Source: Ptychomitrium polyphyllum
Lineage: Eukaryota
Length of the DNA: 64,000 nt
Reading direction: 5' to 3'
Assembly (NCBI GenBank): GCA_973851085.1
Contig: OZ316776.1
Location: 4,836,001-4,900,000, forward strand
Program-made: the position numbers and the translations under genes
Shown: piece after piece, positions 51,801 through 64,000 of the stretch
Position numbering within the stretch: the first letter of the stretch is position 1
Layout of the letters: every line of letters starts with the position of its first letter
The notes under the pieces: generated by a model
The model's input: the letters and a program-made list of their open reading frames with translations, nothing else
Databases searched by the model: none
Told to the model about the DNA's origin: nothing

Positions 51801-53156
51801 TGAATTAGGGTCATGATGGCTACTAGCAATAATCCTCTTGTGTCAGCTCTAAATTTGCCGACACAAATGCCTGCTACCATTTCCTACCCATTGAAATTGA
51901 CATGAAAATGTTTAAACTTACTGAAATTCAGCAATGCTGTCAAAGGACCAGTACAGAAGACAAACTTCTGCTTCTTTTTGATGGTCCGTTTGCAGTAGCA
52001 AAAGGTCAAGTGATGTGACAACAACATTCACTCTCTAGCAACAGGTCACTTGAAATAAATTGAGGAAAATACTTATCACCTGCCTTTATCCCTTATTGAT
52101 TGATTTACCCATTTACGGCAACATCATCCACTAATTTTTCACCTATCGGTCCAGAAACACCAAAATTTTAGTTATTAAAAAGTACTCAAAATCATTTACA
52201 TGAAAACTCAGAAGAAGCTTTAAAAACTCAAGTTTCACCTAGTGTGGCCATTTTCATTCAAGTCAAGTAAAGATCACACTGCTCTGAGGCTTGTAGTGTG
52301 CTTAGAGATATGTGTTCTTACAGGTGACAAGGTTATTCTTCTGCTTCCAAGGATTATCATAAACAAGTTCATTAGGATGATACCCATACCTTTTCTGTGA
52401 ACTTGTAAATCAAGATGCGGTCACAGTCACTTATTACAAGAAGCTCACTTTTTTTGTAGTGTACCATGCACAATGTTGTACACGACTATAAAGCCAGAAG
52501 CAATTCATTTTGGTGGATGATGGGCACTATTCTATATCTGGATCATAGAGTACCATACTGAAAGATTTAGGGAACCAGTAGTATCAAGTCACATGTTGTC
52601 GCGTACCAATACAGCAAGATATGTCCTGCATCCGCCTGCACATTCACTCGTGTAGTTCTTGAATCTGCAACAATTGGTGCCTTCCTCTGATTGAAAGTTT
52701 ACATTGACGTCTATATATCCTAAAATCATTGTGCTTTTGTAGTTATTGAAAGCGACCTCTCATGGCCACCGTTTGTGTGATATCTTGCTATCATTCTCCA
52801 TTCTCAATTTCATTATCCAATGAAAATAATTACAATTTTTGGTCAGACTCTTACTCTTAGACCCTTGACCTCCATCTTTGACTCATCTTCACCATGTCCT
52901 CTATACTACACAAGATTCTGAACAAGCCACTATAAAGAACAGAAACTTCGGTTGAAATTTAGTAAAACAATCAACTTGAACTACTTAATCCATGTGACCT
53001 AGTCCTAAGCTATCTCACAAAATCCTGCTGAGTATCTACAGAACCCTCTTGCCTCTTGTGTGGCAATGACTGAAATGAAGGCTGAAGTAGCAAACCGTGT
53101 AATTACAATGCCCAATATAATAAAAATTCACAAACTTGCAATCAATTCATCCATCA

Positions 53157-55369
53157 TTACAACTTACTGATTGATCTTACTGCAGACCGACTCAATGCTT
53201 TCGCTTTCTCCCGGAGTTTGAACTTCTGTACTTTCCCTGTTGAGGTCTTGGGCAGGTCACAAAACACAACAGTTTTGGGCACGTAGTACCTTGGAAGGTT
53301 GTTCTGGCAATACGTAATGATGGTTTCCGCAGTAACGCCCTTGGCAAACTCCCGCAACGTCACAAATGCACACGGAGACTCTCCCCATTGCTTGTCTGGG
53401 CGCGCTACAACGGCAGCTTCCATAACATCGGGATGCTTAAACAATACAGATTCAATCTCAATGGAGCTGATATTCTCTCCACCCGAGATTATTATATCCT
53501 TGGACCGATCCTTGACCTCAATGTACCCGTCTGGGTGGATGACTCCAAGGTCACCTGTGTGGAACCATCCTCCCTCAAATGCCTTCCTGCTGGCATCCTC
53601 ATCCCTGAAGTATCCCTTCATAACTGTGGTCCCGCGTATCATAATCTCACCGATTATCTTTGCATCACGCGCAACGGGTTGCATGGTGCTCGGGTCCAAC
53701 ACATCAGCACATTGAAGACCCATGTGAGCAACACCTTGCCGGGCTTTTATGCAAGCTCTCTCGTGTTCAGGGAGCCGATCCCACTCTGGCTTCCATGTAC
53801 AAACAAGAGCCGGGCCATACGTTTCTGTCAAACCGTAAGAATGAACAACGGAAAATCCTCTTTTCTCCATGCTGCTAATTACAGAGGGAGGCGGTGGGGC
53901 GCCACCAGTTAAAGCAGAAACTCGTCCAGGAAGAGGTTTTCTCTCATATGGTCCTGCATTGGCGATCATGTTGAGAACAACTGGAGCTCCGCAGAGATGC
54001 GACACCTTGTGCTTCACAATTGAGTCGTAAATGACCTTTGCTTCTACGTTTCTGATGATGATGTTCGTGCCAGCTACTGCCGCCATTCCCCACACAAAGC
54101 CCCAGCCATTGCAGTGAAACATGGGCAGCGTCCACAAGTAAACAGACTCATCTACCATGCCCCAAGCTTGAACTGTGACCAGGGGACACAGATACGCTCC
54201 TCTGCGTACAGAAAACAAGTGACATGTCGTTACAATAGGGTATGTCTCACACAATGTGGGTCAATGTAAAGGACAAGATAAAAGATGAGAATTTACATAC
54301 CTGTGGTGGTAGAGCACACCTTTAGGACGAGATGTAGTTCCGGAAGTGTAATTCAAAGTTATAGTCTCCCAGTCATCCAGAGGCCACTGAATTGGAAACG
54401 CAGGGTCTCCACTTTGAAGAAGCTCCTCGTACTCCACAAGCTCTCCCCATCCTGGAAGAAAGGTCTTAAAACTGATCCTTCCTGCATCTAATCTGTCTTC
54501 GATCACAATAATCTGAGGCTTTTCTGCAGGGGCATCAGGAGATGAAAACCATATCCGCAGTGCCTCCTGCACAATTTGCAGGTACTGCAAGTCCACGAAC
54601 AAGACTTTGGTTTCGCTGTGGTTGAGCAACACTGATATTGTGCGAGCATCGAGCCGGGAATTGATCGAGTTGAGTACAGCCCTGGCCATAGGAACTCCGA
54701 AATTCATCTCGTACACCGCTGGCGAGTTCGGTGACAAGACGGAAACCTGCGATTGATTTCACTCAAGTTCTCATGTCAACCCTTCTTGAAACACAAAGTT
54801 AATCCAATAACAAATCCATGAACCCATACGACCTTGGTAGAAATCTAGTTACAAATTGCTGTCCATAAGTCGTTCATGACTAAGGAAGATAGAATCTCAT
54901 GTCACACAGAATAGAGGAGAAGCCCTAGTTCGCCTGACAGAATAGCATACGAAAGTGAAACAAAATCATTGTGCAGTAATTCGCGTGACTCTAGTGTGAG
55001 TAGCATGAGCGTGAACAGAAACCCTAAATCCAGTGTCATTGTCGAGACACTCACACGGGGAAGGAACCAAAATGAAATTTGCAAGAAGGAATTTCGCATT
55101 CGCTGGAAATTCTAGCACTGTCAGACAATTTCAGTGCGAAATGCATCTGCTAACAGGGCGATTGACGAAATAATTACCGTCTGGCCAACAGAGACAAGCT
55201 GCGAAATCTTGGATGCGAGTCGACGACACCGCTCCATGGTTTGCGCCCACGTCCATCGCAGATCTCCGTAGATAATCGAGGACCGATCCCCGTACAACGC
55301 CGCCGTCCGCTCTAGAAATGTGATAGGTGTGAGGGGCGCATAATTCGCTGGGAATTTGGGCATCGTCAT
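53157..55369 (-). CDS. Peroxisomal acyl-activating enzyme (AMP-binding CoA ligase, plant AAE clade I); 3 exons, about 560 aa
   Basis: Exons 55369-55178, 54746-54301, 54201-53157 (1683 nt). Motifs ANYAPLTPITFLER, AMP-binding LNYTSGTTSRPKGV, YLWTLPMFHCNGW, YGLTETYGP, GWFHTGDLG, DRSKDIIISGGENISSIE and LPKTSTGKVQK. C-terminal PTS1 signal SKL. Confidence 0.94.
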
Positions 55370-58300
55370 GATCGCCGAACCCTCTGCAAGCCCACAGTAG
55401 GAAAGTACTTCACCACCACAACAACACAAAAACCAATCCTCGCTTCCACTTCAACCGCACATTTCAAGCTGCCGATCGCCTGCCAAAACTTAACCTAAAA
55501 AAGATACTCCAAACGAAAAATTCTAACAAATCCTTCTGAGAGTCACCTGGCGTAACTCTCCTGGTTGTGAGCTTGGTTAAATTCTGCCGCTTCGACTCCG
55601 CTCGAAGCAATACTCTAAAGGGCTTGAGGAAAGTTAGCAAAAAGAATCATCTAGGATTCAGATCGGCTAATTGATCACTCCATCATGGAATTGCAATCAT
55701 CTCCAACTTGTCCTCAACATCTACGTTGTTATCAACGTTGCAAAAGTAACGAAAGATTCACAAATTTGCATGAGCTTGATCCTCCCGGACGGCTTCCTAC
55801 ATAGACGCCATTTCTGGAAAATAAATAACCTACCGTGTAAGTACCTCACATATTTCTTTGCAAGATTTGTTGCAACTTGTAACAAGAGCTGCTTCTCACG
55901 TGGCAGATCATAAGTGACTAATCCGCTCGGCTGACTAAACCGGTTGTCGCAATATAAGAAGCGATAGTGGGGCCTTCTTCCAAAATCCTAATTCCGAGTC
56001 ACTCCCGGCTGCCCCGCTCCCCGCAACCCTGCTCGCTCCTGGTCTGCTTTCGCAAGAAAGTGATCAACTGCGAAATCTCTCTCATTTCTTTAGTATTTTT
56101 TTCAACTGGGCGGTGAACGATTACTGGGTTGTGAGGATTTCAGGTTTAAGGCTCCGACTTCCTTTCCTGCATATGCAACCTTCCAAGGCACTTTGTAAGG
56201 TTGACCTTCCAAACTGTGTCGAGTGCGCAACGGGAGACACCCTGCATGGGGTGCATGTTAGATAGGTGCAGCTAAACACTGAATTGATCCAGAGCTGGTG
56301 GTGAGTGGAGAAGCTGGTGTTGGTTCTGTAAGGTCCGTCACCTCTCCATTATTGCACATCTGCTTTTTGCACAAGAATTCCAGTGTCATAAATTAGAAGG
56401 ACGATAAACAAACTTAGTAAGGTCATGGTAACAATTTGCAAGCACCATGGAGACGAAGTAATGATCCGACTCGGACGAGATCGATACGGGGATGTTCAAT
56501 ACAAAAGAAGTTTCGGATTTAACTAATAGGTGTTTCTCAACTTCATGCAGTCTTCTTGGCTGATATTTTATTCTTGAGGTTGGTTTTTATTTGGGTGCAG
56601 AATGTTGCATGATGGATGCTGTTTTTCAGTGTCTGCTAACGTAGTTGATCACCTGTGGGTTTGAGTGGAAGTGGCTGAATCTTGTTTGATACATTAATCT
56701 CTACCAAGCTTTGCAATGGTATTCCAGGATTGCTGTTGAGGTCACGTGTCCTTTTGTGGGAATTTAGGCCTCGGGGACAAGTTGCAATGTGGCTTAGCTC
56801 AGTTGATGTGTCGCAGGAAAAGCTAAGTGGGCGGTTGGGCGTAGAATCGTCTGGAGATTGGAAATGAAGAATTGACTAGTAGATCAAGCTGCAGTTTTGT
56901 TTTCAACGAGAGCTAGAGGCGCATCCTCGGTGCACATCCACAATTGGATTATTCTACAGTTTGCAACCGAAAAAGTTTATCTCCAAGTGCGTATCTCCAA
57001 GTTTATCACCCAAGAAATTTTCGTTTGACTAAAGAACATCAGCAATGGAGTTTTTTGACATTGCTTGGTCGATGTTGATGCACCTTTGTGTGTTGGATAC
57101 TTGTAAGGCGGTTGTACCTAGCATCGTTCTTTCATACTCAAATAACCAGGTTAGTGATGATGTTTAGGATGAAGTGACTCGTAATTCCTCTCTATTGCAA
57201 AATTCTTCAAGTTTTTCAGCCAGTTGTAGCTGCTCCTCAACTGAAGCGTACCGGTACCTCCTTGAAGTTGTTAGATGTGTTAAAACTGATTCGACGTGTT
57301 CAGCTCAGATGTGTTGTTATTGAAGTCCCTGGACTGTCTGTATGACCATCATGTGCATGTAGTACGAGAGATGTAAGTACTGACCCATGCTGTTGTGTTT
57401 CACTTGTTAACATTAGCAGCTGTCTCTCCTTAACATTCTTCAATGACTTCTTTGAACATCTTCTTTAGAAAAAAATAGTTTTATCACATAAAGATATAAT
57501 TTCATTGTCACAACCATGTTCCATTGAAGATTATAAAAATCCTACACTAAATTGTTGGACTAAATTCACATTGTCATGCATTCCCTCCTACATACACTCA
57601 CTATCACTTATTGTTGATTTTTTACTTCTAAGATGAAAGTAAGTTGCTTCAATTTATTTAAGAATGTTATATTAAATAATTCCAATTCATTATCTCCAAG
57701 AAAAATAACTTTATTATATGATTATTGATATTTCCTATTTTTAATATTGAATATAGAATTTGTCAAAGTTTGGTTATCAAGAAATGTTTGAAGTTGAATC
57801 TTTAATGCCTATATCCTAATGCTAATCTATGAATTTATATGCCATTCTCAACTACTATCCTTTCTCTCAGATATTCAAAATTTAAATTCTTAAATTGAAA
57901 TACTTCTTTCTTACTAGTTAGGTTGGCAATGATGTTGTAACTTCAAAAAGATGGAAAACTGCCAATAGCAAGTCACTCCTTTGGTTGCCTTCACCGATTA
58001 CTTCCTGTAGCATGTCAAATCAGTAACGCCAGTGAAGTCTCCGCACCGGAGAATGCCTGCAGTCTGGTGCAGCTGCAAGCATCGTCGGTTCGTCAAGGTC
58101 CCTTCTCCGTCATCTTTCTCCACCCACAAACTGCAGTCTCACATCGATCACTGCCGGACCATGTCTCTCACATCACTTCAACCTGCTCTACGATGTTCTC
58201 CTTTACCTTTGCCTTTGAGTTCCCCATCTGCTGCACACTTGGTTCCCTGTATCGAATGCCGCTTGTCAACTATGGTCTCTCGACCTTCCGCCTAAAACAC

Positions 58301-58464
58301 GTACCTGTTAAACTTGGTACTGCATCATCACTGATTCACTCAACTCACTTCAAGCTTATCACCTCGTTCTGCTTCTAAGTTTCTCGATCTTCTCTGGACC
58401 TCGTACTTACCGAGGACCACATCCGTTCTTTTTAAATGGTCTAGAAATTTTGTCTCTACCAACA

Positions 58465-59750
58465 ATGGAAATGTCAGCTTCTATAGCGTTTGTCATGGCT
58501 GGATCCACCTGCCTGGACTTGGCCTCCTTGTCGAGCAATCGGCATTCGCCACCACCTGCAATGTGGCTCACGCGGCGCCCATGCCCAGGTCGGCAGCCCG
58601 AGTTAGCGCCATCTGATCAAGCTCCAACAATAACTTTGAGGTGTGTAGTTACTGTAACTAGACTTTCATTTACTTTTTGGATTGCAGTGTGGGCAATTTC
58701 CATCCCATTTGGTATTCATTGTGACATTATGAAAGCAGGAGGCAAGGTGTGCGAGGCCAGAGGTGTTCATCGGCATTTTTGGCCTCTGGACCTGCGCTGA
58801 GATTCTTCAACCTAGCATCCTCTGTCATGAACCCAGTTGCCGCTGCAAAGAGCAAAGGCGGTTCAGGTAGTGCAGGGCGCCAAGGACATCGCAGGCAGCA
58901 ATGCGCTAGGTCATATTGAGGTGGCCGTGGTTGGAGCTGCCTCCGGCATCAAGAAATGCTTGGGCGAGTTCTTCGGAAAGGACAAGATTCCTTACATACA
59001 TTGCCTCTAAATTAGATCTCATTGTCAATTCCGACTCAGGACGGGACGCCCGCATCTAAGAGCAGTTTGCAATCAAAATCCATAGCAAAACGTGTCTCAT
59101 GTTGACCTGAATCTGTTGACTCGTCTTCTTTGTCATCCTGTTCCAAAATGGGGCATGAATGTCTTTGAAGCTATCTTCACGTTTTCCTGACTTTCCTAGA
59201 TTTTTGTGGCGCTGTGTGCATAGAGGTGATTATCACTTTCAGAGGCTCATGTCGATGTTGATGTTCCTGCGTGCAGCCCTACCTCCCGAGGAACACTCAG
59301 GTGACGAGCAAAGTTGCCATAGCCGGCACCAAGAACAGAGTGACCAACTTCCTTTACACCCCTCAAAATCCTCTAGCCACCAATATTGAAAAAGCCAGCA
59401 AGGAGACCGCATCTGCTCTCGGCACAGCCACGAGCCCCAACTCCGCGAGTGCACGAGCAGGGAAGGAGTTTCTGGGCCAAGACTGCACCAGAGTGGATGA
59501 GGCCATGGTCAGGGTCAATGCCGACGCTGAGAAGCTGCAGAACAAAGCCGTCTAAGCCTTTGACGACACCAAAGGCGCTGCAGGAGCGTTGTAGCATCTG
59601 CCAAGGATGAATGCCGATGTGATCGTCCAGGCACCTAAGTCCCATGTGTTCAAGTATCTAGGTAGCAAGCTGGAGGGTGTGAAGGGAGACGTTTCTTCCA
59701 AGGCGGAAGATGCCAAGAGCGCTGCCTCAAGTGTGTTGCCAAGGCAGTGA
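58465..59750 (+). pseudogene. Probable LEA-like (Ala/Lys-rich hydrophilin) pseudogene
   Basis: After an acceptor at about 59276, one frame runs to TGA 59748-59750 reading ...EKASKETASALG...DAEKLQNKAV*AFDDTKGAAGAL*...GSKLEGVKGDVSSKAEDAKSAASSVLPRQ*, with in-frame TAA (59553-59555) and TAG (59592-59594). Upstream segments at 58465-58640 and 58740-58985 look like a decayed transit peptide and a middle exon. Confidence 0.45.
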
Positions 59751-61861
59751 GTGCTCAAACAATCTATATCTATCGACATCGTATAAGAATCGAGAGTTCA
59801 AAGAGCCGCATCATTGCACCGTCATTCTTGTGAGTGTAGAATAGTACGCATTTAAGCTAATTGTGAGCGAAACTGTACAAGGCGAGATTCGTTAAGATTG
59901 GGAAAATTATATTTGTACATTTATTGGCACGAATTATTGGACTTCACCTTACGTTCTTTTTCGTGTCAGGGCTGTATAGAATGCGTTTGTTTGTGTGATG
60001 TACAACTCGCTGTCCAATCCGAGCGCTGATTGCAGTGATCCGGGCTTGGGTCTTAGTTGTCTCTTCTTTGCACTCGTTTCTAAAGTTTCATGATGAATGA
60101 TAAGCATGTTATCTGCAAGTCAAGATATTAGTATAGAGTTTTTTCACCTGGCTTCCACATGGCAAATTTGATAACTATGAAAACTTGTGGTGCGTCCTAA
60201 TCTGTTGCTGTTGCTGGTTTGGATTTTTTATCCTCGTATTCAACACACTACAAAGATATGCCTTTAGTTCCACACTCGATGTTCTTGAACATATCGATGT
60301 ATTGGTTCAGTGAATGTCAAGCAGAACTTGTTGAAGATTTTCGATAGTATGCAATTAAACGTATTTCTTCAGTGAAGATGGACGGGTATGTAGAAGGAGA
60401 GGTGATGTAATGACGTTACCATTGATGAAAGTCTTAGAGAAGTTCGAGACATCACATTTATTAGAAATGAAATGTCAACGTTTAACTATACTCAAATTAT
60501 GCGAGCTGCAAGTCTATCAGGATAATGAGGACCAAAAACTGCACTCTCAAAGCAGATATTCATTTACAAGGGCTTAGGCATTAGCCCTGTTGTCGTTGGT
60601 GTAGGTGCCACCAACTTGCCATGAAAGTTATTGATTACAGTAGATTTTGCAAACTCAGTCTATATCATGTGTGTTTCTAATAACTCTAGAGTTATTAGAA
60701 ATACATGTTCATGTCATGGGCTTAGAATGATTTCGTCAACAAGCCCAAGAGTATTCAGTGTTCACTATTCAGTGTTAACTGGATCAAAATATGCTTTTAC
60801 GATCCAGATTCTAGACTCATTTACAATTCAGGAATCGTAAGGCAAGAGTCAGTAACATTAGGTACAATATTAGTTACAATTTAGAATACCTGTGTCACTG
60901 CAGACAATATGTACATTCACTGTTGAGGAAACTTGGGTCCCAATGCATGATCTTAGTGCCGGTGGTATGTATTCAGGCGTTACTGTGCGTACCTTCCGAG
61001 GGTAGTTCGTGGGCAACATGCCTTGGTCGAGATTTTTGGGAGCCAACGGCTGACGTCATCGGGCAAGCCCGCCACTCTTTCGGAATGATATCATATATAT
61101 GTAAGCTATTTCTTTTGGAACATGCTCCAAAATCTACGATGCTTTTGGTATTTCGTAATCGTTACACATAGAATTGTTCATAACAGCTTCTCTACTACCA
61201 CTCACTTACGACATCATTAGCTAGTAATCAATCACAGCTTCTTTAGTCAGTGACGTCCAAGAAATGGGTTGCCTGTTTTACTATTATATAATTGTTTGTC
61301 TGTAAATCATATTGACCAAAGAATAAACACTAGTATTATTCTACGACGATCAGGTTGACCTTCTAGGTTTCTACAATGGTCATATTACTAAAACAGGCTT
61401 TATGGAGCATTAATGAGCCACCCCAACTACAGTGGGATTAAATTTATGTGCAGAATTTCCACACAACTACTGCAGTGTCACCAAGCAGTTGACTTTCAAT
61501 CCCAATTTGGTCAGAAATTTGAACATAATTGCACGCAGTGACACAGGACACTTCTCAAACCTTGGTCCTCGAACCATGAACTACCAATCGACTCAGCAAG
61601 TTGCCTTTGAAGGCGTTGAAGTTTGCTTTCTCCGAAGTCGAACTTCAATTCGTTGTCGTTGTGACCAAGCGCACGTCACCCAGCATCCAAGTTCGGACCT
61701 TCAACGTTCATTCGTCAGAGGAAAGCTCGCGAAAAAGCATCAGTAGGCTCCAAGCAACGACTCAAGCTCCCAGTGTTTGAAAGACCTAGGAAATCTACCT
61801 GAAATGAGCCTAGCAATTGTTAAGACAATCCCATGTGGCTAGGGAACATTCCTATGTCTAG

Positions 61862-61876
61862 TACGTGGTACGTGGC
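61862..61876. promoter_or_regulatory. Tandem ABRE-like ACGTGG motifs upstream of the ARF gene
   Basis: TACGTGGTACGTGGC about 1.1 kb upstream of the ARF ATG. Confidence 0.25.
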
Positions 61877-62957
61877 GGGGGTGGGCACTTGGGTATCGTG
61901 AGCGGGGAAATGGCATAAAGAAACTCCTCGCAGTGGAGTTGGGCAATGGTAGGTTGCAAGTGCAGAGACAGTCCTTGGCATCGCGCATCATGAGGCAGGC
62001 AGTGTTTTTGTTGTTGTAGACCACGAGTAGTAGAAGGAGCCTTGGAGTTTCTTCCAGCTGAGGCCTTGTCATCTCTTTTCCATGAGGAATCTGTGATGGT
62101 CCTCTCGTCCTGCTTCTTCCGGCCTCCTTTCCTCGCTTCAGAGTTTGTGGATGTATTGATCTTAGTTTTCTGGTTCGTTGCTCTTCACAAGAGCGCGTGC
62201 GATTGACTAAGCGGGTGGAGAATCGGAAGCAGGCGAGTCAAGGCAATTGCTTTGGTGGGTGATTTGGAGTGGATTACTAGGCCTACTGCTTTTCCGTTTT
62301 GGAATGATTGGTGTTAGAAGTTTGGAGTAGAAGGGGTTCGTTGCCACCGTTCTAACACCCTTTTACCGAGCATGAGAATTAGTCTCTGAATTCTCTTTTT
62401 TGTCTTGTTTGTTTGGGGAAATCGGAGTTGGGGTGAATTGGCAGGAGTTCTTTCTGTTACCGATTGTAAACTGATTTTGGTGCGCATGTTGCAAATTTTA
62501 TGCGTTGGTCTGTCTTTGATATCTCTGTGATTGTGCTTCGCGGCAATTTGCAAGCTGACAATCAAGTAATTTGCTCTGTCTACCGACAAACTTGGCCGTT
62601 GAAATCCGTTGCACTCGTCTCCTCTCTACCCAATTTGACCTTGAAGAGCCTGATTGCAAACGTGTTGATCACGCTTTGGTTTTCAAATTATGCGATCAAT
62701 GTGCTTCACGAACAACTGTCGCAGGTTTAGGTCAGAAAACTAATGGCACTCTGAATTCACTGCAAAGTCGAGGAACTTTCAGACGCCTGCGCTTAATCAG
62801 AAATCATGTTTTCGTCTCCGTTCTGTTTAGTATTCTAATTAACGATCTGATTGATGCGTGATGCAGTTTTGTTTAGAAAGAGAAATGCTTCTATTTTTGT
62901 GAAGGGCTAGGTAATATATCTCATTAAAGTGCAAGAAAGGAGAAGTAGTTTGTAAGC

Positions 62958-63974
62958 ATGGGACAGTTCATCGGGAAGCTGCTATCATCTATCTCGTGGG
63001 GCACCAAGGCTTATGGGATTCTCATGGTCGGCCTTGACAATGCAGGTAAAATTCTCTCCTTTCTTTTCGAGCTAACTTTGTAACAGTGTAGATCTTCTTC
63101 TTAGTGTCTAAAAACTGATGGTTAGTGTCGTCTTTTGTTGACAGTTTTTGCTCTCGTGTATTTGTTTATTTTGGAAATGCAGGGAAGACAACAATTCTGT
63201 ACAAAATGAGCATGGGAGAATTGGTGACAACAATACCCACAATAGGGATCAACATAGAATCAATCAAGTATCAGAACGTGAGCTTCACGGTTTGGGACAT
63301 GGGAGGCCAGGATAAGATTCGGCCACTCTGGCGCTTTTATTTTGACAACGCCCAGGTCAGGACTTGCTGTTGATAAAGTTTTTGTTAGATTACCATTACG
63401 TTCGGTTTGTTGATAGTGTACATTGATGAGGTTGTTCACCAATTTGTACCCGCAAATCCATATACGTATGTGTATGTGAAGCATGTTTGATGTTCTCTCT
63501 AGGTTGAATGGTTTGAATTCTGAGCCTGGCTTCAAACTATACTATATCTGTGCATGAACTACTTCCATAGCCTTCAGGTGAGCTTACAAGTCTTGTTGAT
63601 TAATTGTGCAGGCTTTAATTTTCGTGATCGACAGCAATGACAAGGATCGAATCACAGAAGCCAGAGATGAGCTTCAGCAGCTGCTAAAGAACTCGGAATT
63701 AAGCAATGCTAAATTGCTGGTGTTTGCAAACAAGCAAGACATGGCTAAAGTCTTGACTCCTAAGGAGATTACCGAATGGCTGTATCTCAACCGATTGAAA
63801 GAAAGGGATTGGCACATCCAACCATGCAGCGCCACCACAGGCGAGGGGCTTCGTGAAGGACTAGATTGGCTTGCTAATTCATTGAAAGCGAATTCCTTCA
63901 GAACCACCAACACCACAAAAACAAATGTAGTTGGTTCACCAAAAACACTACGAACATCAAGAACTGCAAGATGA
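62958..63974 (+). CDS. ARF: ADP-ribosylation factor (ARF)-like small GTPase; 3 exons, 207 aa
   Basis: Exons 62958-63045, 63183-63355, 63612-63974 (624 nt). Myristoylation Gly2 (MGQFIGKLL), G1 GLDNAGKTT, G2 TIPTIG, G3 WDMGGQ, G4 NKQD, G5 CSATTGEGL and EGLDWL. Confidence 0.93.
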
Positions 63975-64000
63975 TATCCACCTGCCCTACAGTCGAGTTG

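Noticed and set aside
26443..55369. Biosynthetic gene cluster (CAD, acyl-CoA ligase and GPX)
   Set aside because: The genes are about 25 kb apart, interleaved with unrelated genes, predicted in different compartments, and there is no scaffold enzyme such as a PKS, terpene synthase or P450.
56900..57300. Decayed minus-strand ORF (RYRYASVEEQLQLAEKLEEFCNREEL...)
   Set aside because: Three stops in about 130 codons is not clearly beyond chance, and no family is recognisable.

Overview
Eukaryotic nuclear DNA, most likely from a moss. This is inferred from an MIKC*-type MADS gene of the Physcomitrella kind, plant-type spliceosomal genes, and gene-rich blocks separated by very AT-rich islands. I hand-spliced nine protein-coding genes: a GH47 EDEM/MNS4-like alpha-mannosidase (+, 17 exons, one GC-AG intron), an MIKC* MADS-box factor (-, 11 exons), an intronless PRMT5/SKB1 (-), a cinnamyl alcohol dehydrogenase-like gene (-), an atypical glutathione peroxidase (+), a plastid DiT2 dicarboxylate translocator (-), an SBT2-like subtilase (-), a peroxisomal acyl-activating enzyme ending in SKL (-), and an ARF-like GTPase (+). 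All spliced models except GPX, whose 5' exon joining is unresolved, sum to whole codons. Also present: a degenerate tRNA-Leu(CAA), a 30-bp minisatellite with higher-order structure inside an LTR-like segment, a probable LEA-like pseudogene, and small tandem duplications. The most interesting items are the GPX (putative signal peptide, catalytic Gln replaced by Met, no resolving Cys, Cys-bearing extensions), the intronless PRMT5, and the palindromic 30-bp array. I found no CRISPR array and no clearly novel multi-gene system. Family assignments come from recalled motifs, not database searches.
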